Positions 59,167-64,000 of a stretch of 64,000 nucleotides of DNA are shown here, one piece after another. The stretch comes from a candidate division WOR-3 bacterium (GTDB lineage: Bacteria; Hydrothermota; Hydrothermia; LBFQ01). The translations under genes and the position numbers were made by a program. Every line of letters starts with the position of its first letter. Position 1 is the first letter of the stretch. Location: the NCBI GenBank assembly GCA_039802605.1, contig JBDRWW010000002.1, forward strand, positions 192,001-256,000, given 5' to 3'. The notes beneath the pieces were generated by a model. That model ran no database searches and was not told where the DNA came from. It saw only the letters and a program-made list of their open reading frames with translations.

Positions 59167-60392
59167 AAATATATTTTAAAGTAAAATTCCTTTTTGGCCT
59201 CCTCAACGAGTTTTTGCAGTTCCCCATCCACCTTTTTGTTTATAACAAGGTTCCTTATTTCCTCATATGTGGGTTCTTTCCCCTCCTTCTTATCCAAAAC
59301 CTTGAAGATGTTTATTGATAAACCGTCTGGGGATTCCACTGGGCCTATGATGTCTCCAACCTTTGCCTTTTTCAAATCCTTTAAAAGATCCGGGGGTAAA
59401 ATCCTTTCATTTACCCAACCTATTTCCCCGTTGTTTTCCCTTGTTGTTGGATCTTCGGAGTACTGTTTAACCAGTTTTGAGAAATCGTATCCCGACTTTG
59501 CCATATTAACTATCCTTTCGGCCCTTTTCATAACGGTGTTTTTTGCGGATGAAGATGGTTTTACCCTTATGAGTATATGGGCCAAAAGGTACGCATCTTC
59601 TTGCTTTCCCAAAACCTTAAAGATATGATAACCCTGAGGCCCCCTCAAAGGTTTTGTTATACCCCCTTCGGGTGTTTTATCCAATTCTTGTATAAAATCG
59701 GGTGGAAAGGCGCTCTTGGGAACTATTCCTATGTTTCCACCGTTTTTGGCACTTTCCCTATCATCCGAGAACTTTTCCGCCAAATTTTCAAAACTCTCCC
59801 CTTTCCTGAGCATATTATAAATGCCTTTTGCCTTCTCGTAGTATTTTTGTTCTTCCGAAGCGGAGGGTTTAACCTGTAAGGATATCACCGCAAGTTTATA
59901 CTCGTCGGGTTCTTTTAAGGAGTCCTTGTAAATCTTGTAAAATTGCATAACCTCATCATCCCCGATTTTTATCTTGGGTTTAATTTTAAACTCCACATAC
60001 TTTTGAACATAAAGGTTCCTTTCTATCATCTTCCTGTAATAATCCCTTAGATAATCCAATGTTAAACCGGCCTCTTTTAACCTCTCTTCAAACTCCTCCC
60101 TGCTCATCTTACCCATAAGGGCCTTTATCTGCTGATCCAAAACGGAGTTTATCTCGTTATCGCTAACGCTTATGGTGGTATCCTCTTTGATTTTTAGGTA
60201 TAACAACTCCATATTTACTAGTTCGTTCAGTACATTTTTGCGAAACTCGTTTAACCTATCCGGTGTTATACCCATGGCACCGCCGTATATTAGGGTTATC
60301 TCATCAACCTCCGACATCCAAAAGGCCCTATCCCCAACTACGGCAACGATTTTGTCAAGCGTATCAAGTTGGGATAATAACATCAAAATCAT
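59163..60392 (-). CDS. SurA-like chaperone / PpiC-type peptidyl-prolyl isomerase
   Basis: DKIVAVVG SurA N-domain; two parvulin domains (FSDD...GG.IG, HILI, YSED). Confidence 0.88.
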   Translation of the reverse strand: MILMLLSQLDTLDKIVAVVGDRAFWMSEVDEITLIYGGAMGITPDRLNEFRKNVLNELVNMELLYLKIKEDTTISVSDNEINSVLDQQIKALMGKMSREEFEERLKEAGLTLDYLRDYYRKMIERNLYVQKYVEFKIKPKIKIGDDEVMQFYKIYKDSLKEPDEYKLAVISLQVKPSASEEQKYYEKAKGIYNMLRKGESFENLAEKFSDDRESAKNGGNIGIVPKSAFPPDFIQELDKTPEGGITKPLRGPQGYHIFKVLGKQEDAYLLAHILIRVKPSSSAKNTVMKRAERIVNMAKSGYDFSKLVKQYSEDPTTRENNGEIGWVNERILPPDLLKDLKKAKVGDIIGPVESPDGLSINIFKVLDKKEGKEPTYEEIRNLVINKKVDGELQKLVEEAKKEFYFKIYL

Positions 60393-61246
60393 CTTTCACC
60401 CCCTTTGTACTTGTTTAAAAGAACCGTAAAAACGGAGTCTTCCACTTGTTTCCTTCTCTGCTCCAAAAGGAACTGATAAACCGTCCCTTTAATCTGCGGA
60501 TCAAGGTCTTTTATATTAACATTCCTTATATCCACAACCTTGGCGAGCACATAGGCATTGGGACCCATAGCAAATGGACCTATAACATCGTCTTTTTTGG
60601 CGTTTTTTAAGGCTTCAAACTCCTTTTCGGATAGTGCAAACCTGCCAAGGCCAACATTTTGATAACCCGATGGTTGAACGCCTATCTTTCCGCTTTTCGC
60701 AAACTCTTCAAGCATGAGGTTTGCGGCATAACTACCGTCTTTTAAGAGTTTCTTTAAAGTATCGGTTAGTTTAACATCGCCATACGCAACGGTTAGCATG
60801 GCTATTTCCTTTGAAAACTCGTCTTTGTGGTTGTTAATAAACCTAATAACTTCGGATGTATCAACATTTATTTTGGGTAGGATATATTTTCTATAAAAGG
60901 CATCTGCCACAACACTCTTTTCCGCCCAATACCTAAGCCTTTTCACAACGCTATCCGTATCCAAACCGAGGTTTTTACCCTCATTGTAAAATAGTGCCAA
61001 TTTTAAAAGTCCCTTTTCAACATCCTCTTGCGATTGACTTAAACCGGGTACAGACTGGGCTATATCAAGATCTAAACGCGTAATATAAACATCACCCACC
61101 TTTTTATAAACATCCTCTTGGGTTTCTTCAACTCTTGCATTGGAAGTTTTACCCGTCTTTTGAAGGTATAACACCCCAAAAGCCCCCACAAAAACACCCA
61201 AAGCCAGTGAAACCAAGGAAAATGCCGCCACCAAGTACTTGTTCAT
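60389..61246 (-). CDS. Membrane-anchored PrsA/SurA-like foldase-related protein
   Basis: N-terminal TM, KVGD..IT, degenerate parvulin region (VIGPF); coupled to the SurA-like gene. Confidence 0.55.
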   Translation of the reverse strand: MNKYLVAAFSLVSLALGVFVGAFGVLYLQKTGKTSNARVEETQEDVYKKVGDVYITRLDLDIAQSVPGLSQSQEDVEKGLLKLALFYNEGKNLGLDTDSVVKRLRYWAEKSVVADAFYRKYILPKINVDTSEVIRFINNHKDEFSKEIAMLTVAYGDVKLTDTLKKLLKDGSYAANLMLEEFAKSGKIGVQPSGYQNVGLGRFALSEKEFEALKNAKKDDVIGPFAMGPNAYVLAKVVDIRNVNIKDLDPQIKGTVYQFLLEQRRKQVEDSVFTVLLNKYKGGER

Positions 61247-61339
61247 AAACCGTTAATACTAAGGGTGAAAACTTTAAATTTTTATTACCCCGATAACATT
61301 TGCAAGTTTTAAAAATTTCCACCTTATAATGCTTGAACT

Positions 61340-61660
61340 ATGACGGCAAAAGATATAAAGGATAAGGCAATATTGGTTCTAATATTAAACCTAATACTCC
61401 CGGGTTTGGGGCACATTATAGCAAAGGAAGAGATAGCGGAAGCCCTTAAAAGGACTGGGAAAAATCCCAACGCGGATGCAAACGATATACAGAGAAATGG
61501 TATAATCCAACTAAGTCTTCTCGCTGTAGGATTTATCACTTGTGGTTTAACATCAGTGGTGGCATGGGTTTGGTCCTTCATAATAGATACCTTGGTTAAT
61601 TACTACCCGGCTATGAGTTCCGTAAAAGATGAAAATGTTGGGCCAATATCCGGAGGGTAA
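61340..61660 (+). CDS. Small membrane protein (TM2-like)
   Basis: LNLILPGLGH motif, 2-3 TMs. Confidence 0.65.
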   Translation: MTAKDIKDKAILVLILNLILPGLGHIIAKEEIAEALKRTGKNPNADANDIQRNGIIQLSLLAVGFITCGLTSVVAWVWSFIIDTLVNYYPAMSSVKDENVGPISGG

Positions 61661-62732
61661 GAGGGAAAAGATAAAAAGAATACTCGCATACATAGAAAAA
61701 GAAAATTATAAGGGCTATGACCCTTATGATGGTTTGTTATCTCCATTTTCTAGGTTGAGTATTCCTTTATACAGGCTTTTGTTTCAACAATTTGTTAAAA
61801 GGCTTGGCCTTTGGACGAGAAAGGTTTTGTTTATCCCCAAGGGACATAACCCGAAAGCCTTAGCCCTGTTTTTATGGTCTTATGCGTTTTTAAGGGATGA
61901 AGGGAAAGCAAAAAATATTTGGGAACTTTTGAAGGTGTATTCAATAAAAACAAATAACGGAATTGCCTTTGGTTATAACTTTCCATGGCAAAGCAGCGTA
62001 TTTTTCGTCCCTTACGGAACACCCAACATAATAGCCACAAGTTTTGTAGTTTTTGCCTTAAATTATGCCAAAAGGGTTTTCAAATGGGATGTGGATTTAA
62101 GGGTATTTCTTCCTTTCTATGAGAAAACTTTAAATATTTTTAGGGATGAAAACGGGTTTTTATGGATAAGTTATACCCCTTATGATAGGTTGAGGATTTT
62201 CAACAGTTCGGTTTTGGGCGCGTTGGCTTATATGATGTGCGGTGGTGATGGTAAATTTGCAAAAGAAATAGCGAAAACCTTGCAGAATTATCAAAGGGAG
62301 GACGGCAGTTGGATATACGGGCTTGACAGGATGACTATGAAATATGTTGATAACATACATACCGCTTATAATCTGTGGGGACTTGTAGGTATAAGAAATA
62401 TGCTAAAAATCGACGATTTTGACGGGGTTATATTGAAGGGATACGAATTTTATAAATATAACCTGTTTGATAGATGGGGTTTCCCCATATCAAAGTTGGG
62501 GAAAAAGGGGTTTGATACCCACGATTTGGCAGCTTCTATCATAACCTTTAAGATTTTTGAGGATATGGATAGGGCAAGAAAACTTGAAGGTTGGGCGGTT
62601 GAGAGGCTCGTGGATAAGGATGGCAGGGTTTATAACGGCTTAAAGGATAAAAGGGTTTTTATAAGGTGGTCGGTCGCATGGCTTTTGTTATCCCTGGTTT
62701 TTGAACCTTATTATCCTTTTAGGTTTTGTTAA
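61629..62732 (+). CDS. Alpha/alpha-toroid protein of a family found in polysaccharide loci (function unknown)
   Basis: GYDPYDGL, GYNFPWQ, PN..AT, Q..DGSW.Y, D..HTAY, RWS.AW. Confidence 0.6.
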   Translation: MKMLGQYPEGKREKIKRILAYIEKENYKGYDPYDGLLSPFSRLSIPLYRLLFQQFVKRLGLWTRKVLFIPKGHNPKALALFLWSYAFLRDEGKAKNIWELLKVYSIKTNNGIAFGYNFPWQSSVFFVPYGTPNIIATSFVVFALNYAKRVFKWDVDLRVFLPFYEKTLNIFRDENGFLWISYTPYDRLRIFNSSVLGALAYMMCGGDGKFAKEIAKTLQNYQREDGSWIYGLDRMTMKYVDNIHTAYNLWGLVGIRNMLKIDDFDGVILKGYEFYKYNLFDRWGFPISKLGKKGFDTHDLAASIITFKIFEDMDRARKLEGWAVERLVDKDGRVYNGLKDKRVFIRWSVAWLLLSLVFEPYYPFRFC

Positions 62733-63652
62733 GTTTCTTTAAGGATTTTTATATAGTGCAAAGTGTGTTTGTGCCAATATTTTTGGGTGTATTTTTCTAT
62801 TCTCTCATCGTTGGAATTCAAAAGGTATAGAGTCATAAGGGTATGATAAACATACCTGTTTTTTGAATAAAAGGCCAGATGTTTCTTAACCCTATCCCTT
62901 TCAAACCCTTTTAACGCCCATCCGTATATTTTAAACCATTCGTACATGTATGCGTTCTTACTGATTTCTGCGGTGTTAATCGCCAATTCAACCAATTGTG
63001 TTGCTTTTCCCCTTAAACCCATAAAAACCATATAAGGTATTAAGGGTTGGAGTAGCCTTAAAGCCGTGTGGTGGTATCCATCTTTTAACCCACTGTCCAA
63101 AACCCTTATAGCCTCTTCAAGTACTTCTCTGGATTCGGCGCCGTTTATTAAACAATACAGGATGCGAACATAAGCCCTCATAATAATTTGCGGGACAACA
63201 TTTAAACCCCCTTCACCTTCGTAGATTTCCAATGAAAAAACCTCATCGTGGGGAACATCCTCACCTTTATAAATTTTAAAATATAAATTCTTCAAAGGCT
63301 TCCAGAACCTTTCAATTTCCGGGCTTTGTATACTTTCCGACAATTCTTTTAGCGAATAATAATAAGCCAAAGGGTTTATACCCAAGTATTCGTATAATAT
63401 CCTTTTGTTTGGGATACTCTTGGCATATCTTTTAGCTTTATCATAGTTCATAACCGATATAGCGTATTTAACCTCCTTAAACCAGTCAAGTTCTTCATTC
63501 CCGAACCTTTCTTTATAAGCCTTCATAAACCAGTTAAGCCTATTAAACCAACCCATATGTGCAATAAAAACTCCCAAATTATAAGTCCTCTCCCTATCCC
63601 CCCTTTTTAGACTTTCCTCTATCTCTTTCAAAAGATAAACCAATCCCGACAT
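62729..63652 (-). CDS. Hypothetical all-helical protein
   Basis: 307-aa ORF; C-terminal half similar to the adjacent ORF. Confidence 0.65.
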   Translation of the reverse strand: MSGLVYLLKEIEESLKRGDRERTYNLGVFIAHMGWFNRLNWFMKAYKERFGNEELDWFKEVKYAISVMNYDKAKRYAKSIPNKRILYEYLGINPLAYYYSLKELSESIQSPEIERFWKPLKNLYFKIYKGEDVPHDEVFSLEIYEGEGGLNVVPQIIMRAYVRILYCLINGAESREVLEEAIRVLDSGLKDGYHHTALRLLQPLIPYMVFMGLRGKATQLVELAINTAEISKNAYMYEWFKIYGWALKGFERDRVKKHLAFYSKNRYVYHTLMTLYLLNSNDERIEKYTQKYWHKHTLHYIKILKET

Positions 63653-64000
63653 TCAAGTTTCCAATCCGAAAAGCTCCAAAACCCTTAAATCATGCTCGTG
63701 GTGGTGTTCCTTAACTATATGGTTTATCCTACGGTGTTGGTTTTTACCCTTATAGTGCAGATACCCCCTTGCTATGAGTTCGTGTATCAGCGCCCATCTA
63801 TCAACATATAAACCGATTTTACTCTCCACATACTCTGGATAGATTTCATCCACAAAACACCTGTATATTTCGAAAAGTTCAAAGAACCACATGTTTGCGG
63901 TTTCGTTCGTGATGTCAAACGCCAATTGTAATAAGGGTTTTGAGGCATCTTTACCTTGCAGGTTGTAAACCAAAGGGATTAAAAACCTGAGAACAAACAT
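63653..64000 (-). CDS. Hypothetical protein, paralog of 62729-63652, probably 5'-partial
   Basis: Runs to the window edge; shares LR.L.PL...L..LA...N...E.F.IY...H.L...H.H.L pattern. Confidence 0.6.
   Translation of the reverse strand: MFVLRFLIPLVYNLQGKDASKPLLQLAFDITNETANMWFFELFEIYRCFVDEIYPEYVESKIGLYVDRWALIHELIARGYLHYKGKNQHRRINHIVKEHHHEHDLRVLELFGLET

Noticed and set aside
338..62360. Numerous 60-160 aa antisense or alternate-frame ORFs
   Set aside because: Shadows of well-supported genes with no recognisable motifs or initiation signals
1..64000. tRNA, rRNA, known riboswitches, IS elements
   Set aside because: None recognisable by eye and intergenic gaps are mostly too short; a covariance-model scan would be needed to exclude small RNAs

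Overview
Gene-dense bacterial chromosomal window with about 72 CDS. I could not see any rRNA, tRNA, CRISPR array, transposase or integrase. The content suggests a thermophilic diderm of the FCB radiation, for example candidate phylum WOR-3/Hydrothermae; this is an inference from T9SS-like C-terminal domains, Lys/Glu-rich proteins and scrambled gene order. Housekeeping genes are scattered out of their usual operons (purF, topA, rplU, rpmA, rnpA, yidD, gpsA, fba, cysS, lysS, murD, pfkA). Two respiratory operons are present: a clade II nitrous-oxide reductase cluster (cytochrome c-nosZ-nosB-nosL-nosD-nosF-nosY) and an A2-type caa3 cytochrome c oxidase cluster. The most notable observations read from the DNA are: (1) a coiled-coil/PD-(D/E)XK nuclease gene flanked by a perfect 21-bp direct repeat that contains both its stop codon and a -10 box, like a one-gene cassette inserted into a promoter; (2) pervasive TAnAAT boxes 6-10 nt before start codons (leaderless transcription), including a perfect 16-bp palindrome serving two divergent genes; (3) a 7-1-7 palindrome and an identical 15-bp promoter core shared by the nos and cox operons; (4) ultra-short N-terminal hydrophobic leaders on proteins that must be exported; (5) an unannotated 41-aa YxxP peptide gene with its own promoter, SD and terminator; (6) a secreted protein made of three tandem phage tail-fibre-like HxH units; (7) a repeat-built diheme cytochrome c with possible Cys ligation.
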